Below are positions 46,533 to 56,600 of a stretch of 64,000 bases of DNA, piece by piece. Each line of letters starts with the position of its first letter. The stretch's first letter is position 1. Source of the DNA: Candidatus Omnitrophota bacterium (GTDB lineage Bacteria; Omnitrophota; Gorgyraeia; Gygaellales; Profunditerraquicolaceae); contig QZKH01000002.1 of assembly GCA_003598025.1 (NCBI GenBank), positions 74,133-138,132 on the forward strand, read 5' to 3'. The notes beneath the pieces are model-generated. The model did not search any database. It was given only the letters and a program-made list of their open reading frames with translations, and was not told the origin of the DNA. Both the position numbers and the translations under genes were made by a program.

Positions 46533-47537
46533 ATGAAAGCAATAGGACTTATTTCCGGAGGGCTGGATAGTATATTGGCTGCAAGGATAATGAAGGATTC
46601 TGGTATTGAACTGATAGCTTTACATACCAGCAGCCCATTCTGTCTTTGCAACAAGAGAGGTTCTTCGGGATGTGTGCATAGTGCCCAGAAGGCAGCCGAT
46701 GACCTTGGCATCAGGCTTATTAACATAAATGTTTCAAGAGAAATAATTGATATTGTAAAAAAGCCTAAATACGGCTACGGCTCTAATATGAATCCCTGTA
46801 TTGATTGCCGTATCCTGCTTTTTAAGAAAGCAAAAGAAGCTATGAGCAGGGAGAATGCCTCTTTTGTGATTACAGGTGAAGTCCTGGGCCAGAGGCCAAT
46901 GTCGCAAAAAAGAGATATTATGAAGTTAATAGACAGAGAGTCGGGCCTGGAGGGGTTAGTATTAAGACCATTATCAGCCAGGGTTATGGAGCCGACACTT
47001 GCTGAAGAGAAAGGCTGGATTGATAGAAACAAACTCTTGGCGATAAGCGGCAGGGGCAGGAAAGAGCAGATATCGTTAGCCCGCTCATTTGGAGTATATG
47101 ATTATCCTTGCCCCAGCGGAGGATGCCTGCTTACAGACCCTCAGTTCAGCAGACGCTTAAAGGATCTGATTAAATACGGGAATATTGGTTTAAATGAGGT
47201 AAACTTGCTTAAGGTCGGCAGGCATTTCAGGATAAATGACAAGTTAAAGCTTGTTGTGGGGCGCAATGAAAAAGAAAACCAACAGTTGCTGAATTTAGCA
47301 AGCAGCCCGGATATGCTATTTTTACCACCCGATGATATTGCCGGCCCTATCTCCTTAGCCCGCGGGCAGATAGACAATGAATCCAGAGATTTCTGTTGCC
47401 GTATCGTATCCAGGTATTATGACAACCATGATAGCGGTCCTGTTAAGGTGGTATATAAATATTTTGGAGATTCCCAGGGCAAAGAATGCATAATTTCTCC
47501 TGCAGTTGATAAGGAAATTCAGGATATGAAGGTATAA
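46533..47537 (+). CDS. PP-loop ATP pyrophosphatase family protein (ThiI/MnmA-like tRNA sulfurtransferase candidate)
   Basis: Contains LISGGLDSILAA (SGGxDS PP-loop), NPCIDCRIL and ITGEVLGQRPMSQ. Confidence 0.55.
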   Translation: MKAIGLISGGLDSILAARIMKDSGIELIALHTSSPFCLCNKRGSSGCVHSAQKAADDLGIRLININVSREIIDIVKKPKYGYGSNMNPCIDCRILLFKKAKEAMSRENASFVITGEVLGQRPMSQKRDIMKLIDRESGLEGLVLRPLSARVMEPTLAEEKGWIDRNKLLAISGRGRKEQISLARSFGVYDYPCPSGGCLLTDPQFSRRLKDLIKYGNIGLNEVNLLKVGRHFRINDKLKLVVGRNEKENQQLLNLASSPDMLFLPPDDIAGPISLARGQIDNESRDFCCRIVSRYYDNHDSGPVKVVYKYFGDSQGKECIISPAVDKEIQDMKV

Positions 47538-47553
47538 CTTTTATCCAGAAAAG

Positions 47554-48570
47554 ATGAAAGAAGCTTATTTGTATGAAGTTATAAGTGGCGGGTATCTGCA
47601 TTGTTATCTTTGTTCACATAATTGTAAAATTAAAGAAGGGAATTCCGGATTTTGCGGCGTCAGGAAGAATATCGCCGGCAAGCTTTATTCTTTAAATTAC
47701 GGAAATCCGATAGCCATGCAGGTTGACCCGGTTGAAAAGAAGCCGCTTTATCATTTCCTCCCCGGTACAGACACCTTTTCTATAGCGACAATAGGATGTA
47801 ATTTCCGCTGTGGATTTTGCCAAAATTGGCAGATCTCACAGGCCCGGCTCGATGATAAAGCCGCAGCCGAGGGTAAGAAATTAATCCTGCCGGAGGCAAT
47901 TGTAAATTCCGCAATAAGAACCCGCTGCCCCAGTATATCTTATACTTATACTGAACCGACAATATTCTTTGAATATGCATATGATATAGCAAAGATTGCC
48001 AAGGAAAATAAGCTCTGTAATATTTTTGTAACGAATGGCTTCATGTCGAAAGATGCAATATTGATGATTAAGCCGTATCTTGATGCTGCTAATGTGGATT
48101 TAAAATTCTTTGATGATGAGATTTATAAAAAAGACTGTTCCGGAAGGCTCAACCCGGTACTGGATAGCATAAGGCTTATGAAGGAGCTGGATATATGGGT
48201 CGAGATAACAACCCTGATAATACCGGGCGAAAATGATTCGGAGGTTCAATTGAGCGGCATCGCCGGATTTATCTCCGGTATAGATAAAGGTATCCCCTGG
48301 CATATATCAAGGTTTTTCCCTAATTATGAGTTCGGTGACAGGCTGCCCACAGAAGAATCTGTTTTAAATAAGGCCAAGGAGATCGGCCTTGATGCCGGAC
48401 TTAAATACATTTATTTAGGAAATCTGCAAACAGGGGATAATAATACTTATTGCCCGGGATGCAAAAAACTATTGGTAGAAAGAACAGGATTTTCTATGCT
48501 TTCAAACCGGATAAAAGTTGATAGGTGCCCCCATTGTAATTCAACTATTCCTGGAAAGTTTGTCCCTTAA
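47554..48570 (+). CDS. AmmeMemoRadiSam-type radical SAM enzyme (PflA-like activase family)
   Basis: Contains CYLCSHNCKIKEGNSGFCGVR, DPVEKKPLYHF and GCNFRCGFCQNWQISQ. C-terminal zinc ribbon CPGC...CPHC. Confidence 0.7.
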   Translation: MKEAYLYEVISGGYLHCYLCSHNCKIKEGNSGFCGVRKNIAGKLYSLNYGNPIAMQVDPVEKKPLYHFLPGTDTFSIATIGCNFRCGFCQNWQISQARLDDKAAAEGKKLILPEAIVNSAIRTRCPSISYTYTEPTIFFEYAYDIAKIAKENKLCNIFVTNGFMSKDAILMIKPYLDAANVDLKFFDDEIYKKDCSGRLNPVLDSIRLMKELDIWVEITTLIIPGENDSEVQLSGIAGFISGIDKGIPWHISRFFPNYEFGDRLPTEESVLNKAKEIGLDAGLKYIYLGNLQTGDNNTYCPGCKKLLVERTGFSMLSNRIKVDRCPHCNSTIPGKFVP

Positions 48571-48574
48571 TAAT

Positions 48575-49135
48575 ATGAAAGTCAGCAAAAATAAACTCAG
48601 TTACACCCGGTCCGGAAAACCAGTAGTTTTATCCGGCAAGGCTTTGTTTAAAGGTAAGCTATTAAATTTACATAAAGCCAGCGTTAATCTGCCGACAGGA
48701 TATGCGGCCGAGCTTGAGATTATAAAACATCCTGGCGCAGCCCTGGTCGTGCCGGTGTTGCCGGGAAATAAGATTGTAATGCTCAGGCAGTTCAGGCCTG
48801 TAATCGGTAAATATATCTATGAATTACCGGCAGGAACATTAGAGAAAGGCGAGAATCCTTTGTCTTGTGCCAGGCGTGAAATAGAAGAGGAAACCGGATA
48901 TCACGCGGATAAATTCAAACGGCTGGGCACTATATTTCCTGTCCCCGGGTATTCTACAGAAAAGATTGAGATATTTAAAGCAACCGGGCTTAAGAAAAGA
49001 AGATTCTCGCCTGAAAGAGATGAAGTAATCTCTGTTTTTGTGGTTACTAAATTACAGATCAGAGAATTATTAAGGAAAGGCAAACTTGTCGATGCAAAAA
49101 CTATTTGCGCGTTTTGTTTGTGCGGATGGATTTAA
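48575..49135 (+). CDS. NUDIX hydrolase (ADP-ribose pyrophosphatase-like)
   Basis: Nudix box GTLEKGENPLSCARREIEEETGY. ATG 48575 is preferred over the track start at 48518, which overlaps the preceding gene. Confidence 0.85.
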   Translation: MKVSKNKLSYTRSGKPVVLSGKALFKGKLLNLHKASVNLPTGYAAELEIIKHPGAALVVPVLPGNKIVMLRQFRPVIGKYIYELPAGTLEKGENPLSCARREIEEETGYHADKFKRLGTIFPVPGYSTEKIEIFKATGLKKRRFSPERDEVISVFVVTKLQIRELLRKGKLVDAKTICAFCLCGWI

Positions 49136-49150
49136 GTCCTGCGCTTTTTT
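49122..49150 (+). terminator. weak hairpin plus T-tract spanning the NUDIX stop codon
   Basis: GCGGA (49122-49126) pairs with TCCTGC (49138-49143, one bulge), followed by TTTTTT (49145-49150). Confidence 0.3.
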
Positions 49151-49151
49151 A

Positions 49152-49179
49152 TTGCAAAGACAAGCAAACCTGGTATATA
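49152..49179 (+). promoter_or_regulatory. candidate promoter TTGCAA-16-TATATA with TGn extension
   Basis: Hexamers at 49152-49157 and 49174-49179, with TG at 49171-49172. Confidence 0.4.
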
Positions 49180-49205
49180 TTAATTGTAACTAACCGAAGA
49201 AAAGC

Positions 49206-49565
49206 ATGAAAAAAGAGTTGATCGTAGTAGGCGACAGGGTTTTAATATTGCCCGATGATAACCAGGATAAGACCGAGACAGGCTTGTATCTTCCTCAAGG
49301 TGTGAGAGAAAAGGAAAAAGTCCAAAGCGGCATTGTTGTCAAAACCGGTCCCGGATACCCTATGCCTGAACCCGGGGCTGTTGATATTGAGCCCTGGCAA
49401 TCTCCTAAGGTGGATAACAGGTATTTTCCACTACAAGCCAAAGAAGGAGACTACTGTATTTTTTTAAGGAGTGCCGGGATAGAGGTTGAGTATGAAGGCA
49501 AAAAGCATATAATCGTTGCTCACTCGGCAATACTGGTTTTACTTAGAAATAACGAAGTATTATAG
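49206..49565 (+). CDS. GroES/Cpn10-family protein (atypical, with insertion; no groEL nearby)
   Basis: Contains GDRVLILPDD...TETGLYLPQG...QSGIVVKTGPG...EGDYCIF, which follows the Cpn10 pattern. Confidence 0.55.
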   Translation: MKKELIVVGDRVLILPDDNQDKTETGLYLPQGVREKEKVQSGIVVKTGPGYPMPEPGAVDIEPWQSPKVDNRYFPLQAKEGDYCIFLRSAGIEVEYEGKKHIIVAHSAILVLLRNNEVL

Positions 49566-49595
49566 AGATTTTTTATGCGTTTAGAGGAATAAAAA

Positions 49596-50867
49596 ATGGA
49601 TCCAAGATTAATTTCAATAACGGTTTTCATTCTAGCGTATCTATTTTTCGTATTATTACCTAACAAAAGGTCGTTGACTGCGGCTGTAGGGGCTTCTTTG
49701 CTTATTTTAACCGGAGTAATCCCTTTAAATAAGGTAATTACTTCAATAAACTGGAATGTCATGGGTATCTTTGTCGGCATGCTTTTTGTAGCAGACATAT
49801 TCATGAAAAGCAGGGTACCGGCTTTTATCGCAGAGGTTTTTGTGAATAATTCCAAGAACACGGCCTGGGCTATATTGTTTATATGTGCGCTGGCTGGTTT
49901 TATTTCCGCATTCGTAGAGAACGTTGCTACGGTCCTGATAATTGCTCCGATTGCGCTATCTTTAGCGAGAAAATTAAAAATAAGCCCTGTAAACATGATG
50001 ATTGCTATAGCTGTCTCTAGCAACCTGCAGGGCACAGCTACACTTATAGGAGATCCTCCCAGTATGTTGCTGGCCGGTTTTGCGAAGATGAACTTTATGG
50101 ACTTCATAATCTATAAAGGCAAGCCAGGTATATTTTTTGCTGTAGAATTAGGAGGCATACTCTCTTTTATAGTACTGTATATGTTCTTCAGAAAACATAA
50201 GGAGAGAGTGAAGTTAGTTTCTGTAGAAAAAATAAATTCCTGGATCCCTACAATTATGCTGGTAATTTTAATAATGGCTCTTGCAATATCTTCTTTCTGG
50301 GATACCGGGTTTTCTTATCTTGCCGGTATAATCTGTATGATATTCGGCATTCTTTCTCTTATCTGGGATAAGTTTGTTAACAAAGCCGCTCTATTTCAAT
50401 CAATAAAAAGCGTGGATTGGGATACTACAATTTTTTTAATAGGGATTTTTATTATAATCGGCAGCCTTACATTGACCGGCTGGATCGATACCATATCAAC
50501 ATCATTGTCTTCAATAGTAGGGGATAGGCTTTTCTTTGGGTATACCATTATAGTAGTTTTTTCCGTTATAATCTCCGGTTTTGTCGATAATGTTCCTTTT
50601 CTGGCTACAATGCTGCCTGTAGCTATATCTATGTCCAGTAAACTTAACATAGACCCGTCATTATTTCTCTTCGGCCTGCTTATAGGCGCTAGCTTAGGCG
50701 GAAACATTACCCCGATCGGGGCATCCGCTAATATCGTAGCATGCGGGCTTCTTAAGAAGGAAGGTTATAAAGTGACCTTCGGGGATTTCATGAAAATAGG
50801 CCTGCCTTTTACTATAGCTGCGGTTTTCGCCGGGTACCTATTCATCTGGTTTGTTTGGGGGAAGTAA
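49596..50867 (+). CDS. ArsB/NhaD superfamily permease (paralogue of 38326..39702)
   Basis: 423 aa. Contains SSNLQGTATLIGDPPSMLLA and GGNITPIGASANIV. Confidence 0.7.
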   Translation: MDPRLISITVFILAYLFFVLLPNKRSLTAAVGASLLILTGVIPLNKVITSINWNVMGIFVGMLFVADIFMKSRVPAFIAEVFVNNSKNTAWAILFICALAGFISAFVENVATVLIIAPIALSLARKLKISPVNMMIAIAVSSNLQGTATLIGDPPSMLLAGFAKMNFMDFIIYKGKPGIFFAVELGGILSFIVLYMFFRKHKERVKLVSVEKINSWIPTIMLVILIMALAISSFWDTGFSYLAGIICMIFGILSLIWDKFVNKAALFQSIKSVDWDTTIFLIGIFIIIGSLTLTGWIDTISTSLSSIVGDRLFFGYTIIVVFSVIISGFVDNVPFLATMLPVAISMSSKLNIDPSLFLFGLLIGASLGGNITPIGASANIVACGLLKKEGYKVTFGDFMKIGLPFTIAAVFAGYLFIWFVWGK

Positions 50868-50876
50868 AGATTTTTC

Positions 50877-50906
50877 TTGACATAGGGTAGGGGGGTATGG
50901 TATATT
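50877..50906 (+). promoter_or_regulatory. promoter TTGACA-18-TATATT with a G-tract operator-like spacer (candidate CsoR site)
   Basis: TTGACA at 50877-50882 and TATATT at 50901-50906. The spacer TAGGGTAGGGGGGTATGG contains GGTA-type half sites flanking a G6 tract. Confidence 0.45.
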
Positions 50907-50928
50907 TGTACAAGGAAGGAGGTACCCT

Positions 50929-51213
50929 ATGAAACAGATCACCACTCATGAAGAACAACTCGCCTTTTTAAGGAAGATCGAAGGCCAGATACGCGGTATA
51001 CAGAAGATGATCCAGGATAAGAGGTACTGCGTAGATATAATCACTCAAATCCATTCTATCATTGGCGCGCTATACAGGGTGGAGGATGAAATATTAAGAA
51101 AACACCTTGATGGCTGCGTTGTCAGCGCTCTTAAAGGCAAATCAGATTCAGACAAACAAAAGAAAATAGAAGAGATCATGTCATTGATAACTAAATTCAG
51201 GCGGAGCCCCTGA
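50929..51213 (+). CDS. csoR: CsoR/RcnR-family metal-sensing repressor
   Basis: 94 aa. Contains RKIEGQIRGIQKMIQDKRYCVDIITQIHSIIGAL. Cys and His residues at the positions of the Cu-ligand motif. Confidence 0.85.
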   Translation: MKQITTHEEQLAFLRKIEGQIRGIQKMIQDKRYCVDIITQIHSIIGALYRVEDEILRKHLDGCVVSALKGKSDSDKQKKIEEIMSLITKFRRSP

Positions 51214-51217
51214 TATT

Positions 51218-52477
51218 ATGTTGAAGAAGTTATTGATTATAATATTGCTTAGCATATTTATTCTTAACCATCCGGTTTTTGCACAGGGGATATTGTCCCT
51301 GGGGCCGCTTATCGAAGAAGCAAGGGAGAATAACCCTGGTATTCTGGCTGCCAAAAAGCGCTGGGAGGCTGCTTTGGCCCGGGTGCCTCAGGCAAAGTCT
51401 TTACAGGACCCGACTATTGGTATAGCTTTTGAGAAGATTCCGCGCGGAACGTTGAAGTTGAACAAAGTCATGGCAGATGACAGGATGCTTTCACTGCAGC
51501 AATTCTTCCCTTTTTTCGGTAAATTAACTTTGAAAGGCAAGATTGCCATGGTTGAATCTCAGATGTTTGCTGCCGAATATAAGAATAAGGAATTAGAAAT
51601 CATAAACCTTCTCAAAAATGCATATTACGATCTATTCATGAAGCAAAAAGAAATAGAATTAAGCCGCCAGAGCCTCAGGTTATTGCAAAATATCGCCAAT
51701 GTCGCCGAGGCAGGTTATACGGTTGGAGGCATCCCTCAAGAAGAGGTGTATAAAATAAATTCTGAAATAGCCCGTCTTAGTACCAATATTAAAAATTTAG
51801 ACCAGGAAAAATCTGCCAAACAGACATTAATTAATTCCCTTTTAAATAGAGACCCTGAAATGCCATTAGGAGACCCTGATTTAAAAGAAGATGTCTTATT
51901 TGATAAGGATGTCAGGGCTTTATACCAGGCTACTCTTCTTAACCAGCCAGAGCTGGTTATCTTTTCTTATTCTATAGAGAAAAACAAATATTCTAAATCA
52001 TTAGCCAAAAGAAGTTTTTTCCCTGATTTTATGGCAAGTATTGTCCAGCGGGGGATCACTTCCGGGATGCTCGGGCCGTGGGATTTGATGCTGGCTTTTA
52101 ATGTGCCACTATGGTTTTGGACGAAACAGCGTTATGAGATTAAGGAGGCCATTGCCAATTTAGAAGAGGCAGAAGCCGCATATAAGGCAATGCAGAATAA
52201 GGCATTCAGCGAAGTAAAAGACCTGGCTGCGAAGATAGAGGTCTCCAAGAACAAAATCACATTGAATAAAACAAGCTTGATCCCGATGCTGGAAGCCTCC
52301 ATTGAATCTTCGCTGGCGGCTTTTAATTCAGGCAAAGGTGATTTTATGATGCTTTTGGATAGCCAGAGAATGCTTATTGAAACAAAAATGGACTATTATA
52401 GAGCGCTGGTTGAATATAATATGAATCTAGCGGACTTAGAAAGAACTGTAGGCATTCAGCTACAAGAGGAGAAATAA
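51218..52477 (+). CDS. TolC-family outer membrane efflux protein (CusC/CzcC-like)
   Basis: 419 aa with signal peptide and two OEP repeats. Confidence 0.8.
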   Translation: MLKKLLIIILLSIFILNHPVFAQGILSLGPLIEEARENNPGILAAKKRWEAALARVPQAKSLQDPTIGIAFEKIPRGTLKLNKVMADDRMLSLQQFFPFFGKLTLKGKIAMVESQMFAAEYKNKELEIINLLKNAYYDLFMKQKEIELSRQSLRLLQNIANVAEAGYTVGGIPQEEVYKINSEIARLSTNIKNLDQEKSAKQTLINSLLNRDPEMPLGDPDLKEDVLFDKDVRALYQATLLNQPELVIFSYSIEKNKYSKSLAKRSFFPDFMASIVQRGITSGMLGPWDLMLAFNVPLWFWTKQRYEIKEAIANLEEAEAAYKAMQNKAFSEVKDLAAKIEVSKNKITLNKTSLIPMLEASIESSLAAFNSGKGDFMMLLDSQRMLIETKMDYYRALVEYNMNLADLERTVGIQLQEEK

Positions 52478-52478
52478 A

Positions 52479-53663
52479 ATGAATAGAAAGATGCTAGTTA
52501 TTATTTTATCGTTGATTTTTGTTACTGCATACCAGATAGGTTCCCCGGCTTATTCTTTTGCCCAGCACCAAGGCCATACCGACGGAACTTCTTCTAAAAA
52601 AGGCAAGGGTCAGGAACCAGCGCCTATGAAAATATATCGCTGCCCGATGCATCCTCAAGTTGTATCTGATAAGCCTGGTAAATGCCCTATCTGCGGTATG
52701 GTTTTATCTGAGGTTATTGAAAGCGATACAAAAGCCGTAGAAACATCCGGAGAAGGCCCGGTCATTAAAATAAAGGAAAGCCAGGCTGAGCTTATTGGTG
52801 TTGTGACAGAACCTATTGTATCGGTTGGTTTGATGCGCATGATACCTGCGGTTGCCAAAATCGCTTTTGACCCGGAACTCTATCAGGCCCAGGCAGAATT
52901 TATACAGGCCAATAAGACTAAAGATGCCGTAAGCCTGAGTAGCTCTTCCGAAATCAGAGATAGGCTAGAAGCCCTGGTGCTTGCCGCTACTTCCAAGCTT
53001 AAGCTCATGGGTTTATCAGATTCGCAAATTGAAGAACTAAGAAATGAAGAAGAGCCCGATAGTGTTCTTTTGATGTCAAAAGGCCAGAGCTCTTATACTT
53101 GGGCATACTTGACTATTTATGAGCATGATTTAGGTTCAGTAAAACAAGGGGATCATGTTGTATTGAAAGCAATTGCTTATCCGGCAGAAGAGTTTAATGG
53201 CAAGATAGTCGCAATTGATCCTGTCTTAGATACGAATACGCGAAGCGTTCGTGCCCGTGTGCAGGTGGATAATCCGGAAGCAAAACTGAAACCCAATATG
53301 TATGCCGATGCTTTTATCCATGTTGACTTAGGCCAGAGGCTTGCTGTTCCAAGGGAAGCGGTATTGGATACAGGCGTAAGAAAAATTGTGTATGTTGAAT
53401 TAGGCAAAGGGCAATTCAGGCCTCAAGAGGTACAGACAGAGTCAGAAGCAATTGCATTAATTGACGGTAAAGAACGTAAATTTTATCCGGTGTTGTCCGG
53501 GCTTAATGAGAATGATATTGTGGTGACAACCGGAAATTTCTTGATTGACTCGCAAAGCCAGCTTACCGGAGGAATGTCTGCCTTGTGGGGAGCATCAACA
53601 GAGATAAAGCAGGATCAGGTTGAGGGTGTTGCAGGAGAGGTAAAAACGCAACATCGCCATTGA
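52479..53663 (+). CDS. RND efflux periplasmic adaptor (CusB/CzcB-like) with N-terminal heavy-metal-binding domain
   Basis: Contains YRCPMHPQVVSDKPGKCPICGMVL followed by HlyD-like barrel-sandwich and beta-barrel domains. Confidence 0.85.
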   Translation: MNRKMLVIILSLIFVTAYQIGSPAYSFAQHQGHTDGTSSKKGKGQEPAPMKIYRCPMHPQVVSDKPGKCPICGMVLSEVIESDTKAVETSGEGPVIKIKESQAELIGVVTEPIVSVGLMRMIPAVAKIAFDPELYQAQAEFIQANKTKDAVSLSSSSEIRDRLEALVLAATSKLKLMGLSDSQIEELRNEEEPDSVLLMSKGQSSYTWAYLTIYEHDLGSVKQGDHVVLKAIAYPAEEFNGKIVAIDPVLDTNTRSVRARVQVDNPEAKLKPNMYADAFIHVDLGQRLAVPREAVLDTGVRKIVYVELGKGQFRPQEVQTESEAIALIDGKERKFYPVLSGLNENDIVVTTGNFLIDSQSQLTGGMSALWGASTEIKQDQVEGVAGEVKTQHRH

Positions 53664-53673
53664 AAGGCAAGAT

Positions 53674-56600
53674 ATGATAAATAAAATAATAAATTATTGT
53701 TTAAAGACCCCGTTTGTGGTTTTTGTTGCCTATTCGGCAGTGTTTTTTTGGGGTTTATGGGCAATTACTAATATACCGGTTGATGCGATACCGGATATCG
53801 GCGAGAAACAGGTAATAATATATACCGAATGGCCCGGCCGTTCTGCAAAAGATGTAGAAGATCAGGTTACGTATCCGCTTTCCGTATCCCTACGCGGTAT
53901 CCCCGGAGTAAAGACCATACGCGCATCAAGCGCTTTTGGCTTTTCTGAAGTATACCTTATTTTTAATGACAATATAGATTACTATTGGGCCCGCTCCCGA
54001 GTTTTAGAGAAATTAAATCTTGCCTCCAGCCGCCTGCCAATGGGCGTTATGCCTGTTTTAGGTCCTGATGCCACAGGTTTGGGGCAGATTTTCTGGTATA
54101 CCGTTGAGGGTAAAGGCTACGGTATTGACCAGTTGAGGAGCATTCAGGATTGGTTTATCCGCTATCAGCTTAATTCAGTTCAGGGTGTATCTGAAGTTGC
54201 TTCTATCGGAGGGTTCGTTAAGCAGTACCAGATCGATATCGACCCTAACAAGATGCTGGCTTACAACATTCATTTAGGCCAGATAATGGAAGCGGTTAAA
54301 AAATCGAATATAGATGTAGGAGCTAAGGTCGTTGAAAATAATGCTATGGAATATATTATCCGCGGTTTAGGGTTTATAAAATCCCTGGAGGACATCGAGA
54401 ACATTGCGGTAGGCGAAATAAATGGCGTGCCTATTTATATCAAGAATATTGCCAATGTTCAGCTTGGGCCTGAATTCCGAAGAGGAGCGCTGGATAAAGA
54501 TGGCCAAGAGGCAGTCGGTGGCGTGGTCATTATGCGTTACGGGGAAAACGCAATGCAGGTTATCCATCGTGTAAAAGAAGCCATAAAGGAACTGCAGAAA
54601 GGTTTACCCGAAGGAGTAAAAATAGTTCCCTTTTACGACCGGACAGACCTGATCCATCGCACTATAGGGACTCTTCGCGAAGCCCTCATCTTGGAAATTA
54701 TTATTACCATGGCAGTAGTCGTGCCGTTCCTGGCTCATATCTGGGCAGGCGTAATCATTAGCATTACTTTGCCGTTCTCGGTTTTGATAGCATTTATTGC
54801 GATGTACTATTTAAAAGTAGATTCTAATATTACATCTTTATCCGGTATTGCGATTGCGATAGGAACACTGGTAGATATGGGTATTGTTATGACCGAAAAT
54901 ATTTACCGGCGTTTAATCGAATATAGCGATGATATTAAGAAAGGGGTAAAGTCCAGGCTGGATGTAGTATTTAAGGCATCTTCAGAGGTAGGTTCTGCGG
55001 TTATCACGGCAATACTTACTACGGTAGTATCATTCCTTGCTGTATTTGCACTCGAAGCCCAGGAAGGAAAACTCTTTAAACCACTTGCATATACTAAGAC
55101 TTTTACCCTTTTGGCCTCTGTTACAGTTGCACTTACCTTGACTCCGGTCCTTTGCATGTATCTTCTAAAAGGAAGATTGCGGGCCCCGGAGGAAAACATA
55201 TTGGTGAAGATACTACAGAGGAACTATGAGAAAGTCTTGCGTTGGTGTTTGAATCACAGGGTTACTTTCTTACTCATACCGGCAGTTTTACTTATAACCA
55301 GCATACCTTTTATATTGCCAAAAGATATTACTTCTTTGGCTGTTTTCCTGCTTATTGTTGTAGCGTTACTGGTATTTATTCTGCCTAAGAAGACAAAATC
55401 AGTAATCGCCTCTGTTTTAGTCGTGGTTATAAGCCTGGGCTGGTTCTGGTTTTCACCTCGCATAGGGCGTGAGTTCATGCCTCCATTTGATGAGGGTTCG
55501 ATCCTGTTCATGCCGGTAATGCATCCTTCAGTATCCTTGACCGAAGCAATCCGCGTAATCCAGATACAGGACAAGATAATAAAATCATTCCCGGAGGTAG
55601 AATTGGTAGTAGGCAAGGTCGGCCGGGCAGAATCTGCGACTGACCCTGCTCCGGTTGAAATGTTTGAGACCATAATTACTCTAAAGCCGAAAAAAGATTG
55701 GCGTAAGGGTATGACAAAGGAAAAACTTATCCGCCAGATGGATGCTGCCTTACAAATCCCCGGGGTATCGAATATCTGGACACAGCCTATTGTTAACCGT
55801 ATTGATATGTTAGCTACGGGTATCAGGACCTCTGTAGGTGTAAAGGTTTTTGGGCCTGACCTCAAAAAAATTGAGGAGATTGCAACAGAGATAGAGAAAG
55901 TCCTCAGGGCTGTACCTGGAGCCGTAGATTTATATTCAGAAAAGATTGTAGGTAAGCCCTATATAGAGTTTAAAATCAAAAGAGAGCAATTAGCCCGTTA
56001 TGGCATATCCATACGCGAAGTTCAGGATGTTATAGAGATGGCCATAGGCGGTGAAAATCTCACTACTACTGTTGAAGGTAGGGAGCGTTACCCTGTTCGC
56101 GTACGCTATGCCAGGGAGCTGAGAGATAATATAGATGCCTTAAGAAGGGTCCTGGTATCAACAAAAGATGGTGCTCAAATCCCGATCAGCCAGCTGGTTG
56201 ATATATATTTTGTTACCGGTCCGGCAATGATTAATTCGGAGAACGGGCTTTTGCGCGCCTATGTCTTGATGAATGTCCGCGGCAAAGATATGGTTACATT
56301 TGTCGAAGATGCGTCTAAAATCGTATCTGAAAAAGTAAAATTGCCTGCAGGGTATTTTATTCAATGGTCAGGCCAATTTGAAAATCAAGTCCGGGCCAAG
56401 AAAAAGATAGCCGTGCTTTTACCGGTCAGCCTGTTAATAAACTTTATGCTGATTTATATGAATTTCCGTTCCATAATAAAGTCGGTATTTATTTTTACGG
56501 CTGTTCCTGTGACATTGGCCGGTGGGATATGGCTTTTGGCATTTTCAGGATTTAATTTTTCAGTTGCTGTATGGGTAGGTTTTATCGCACTATTCGGGAT

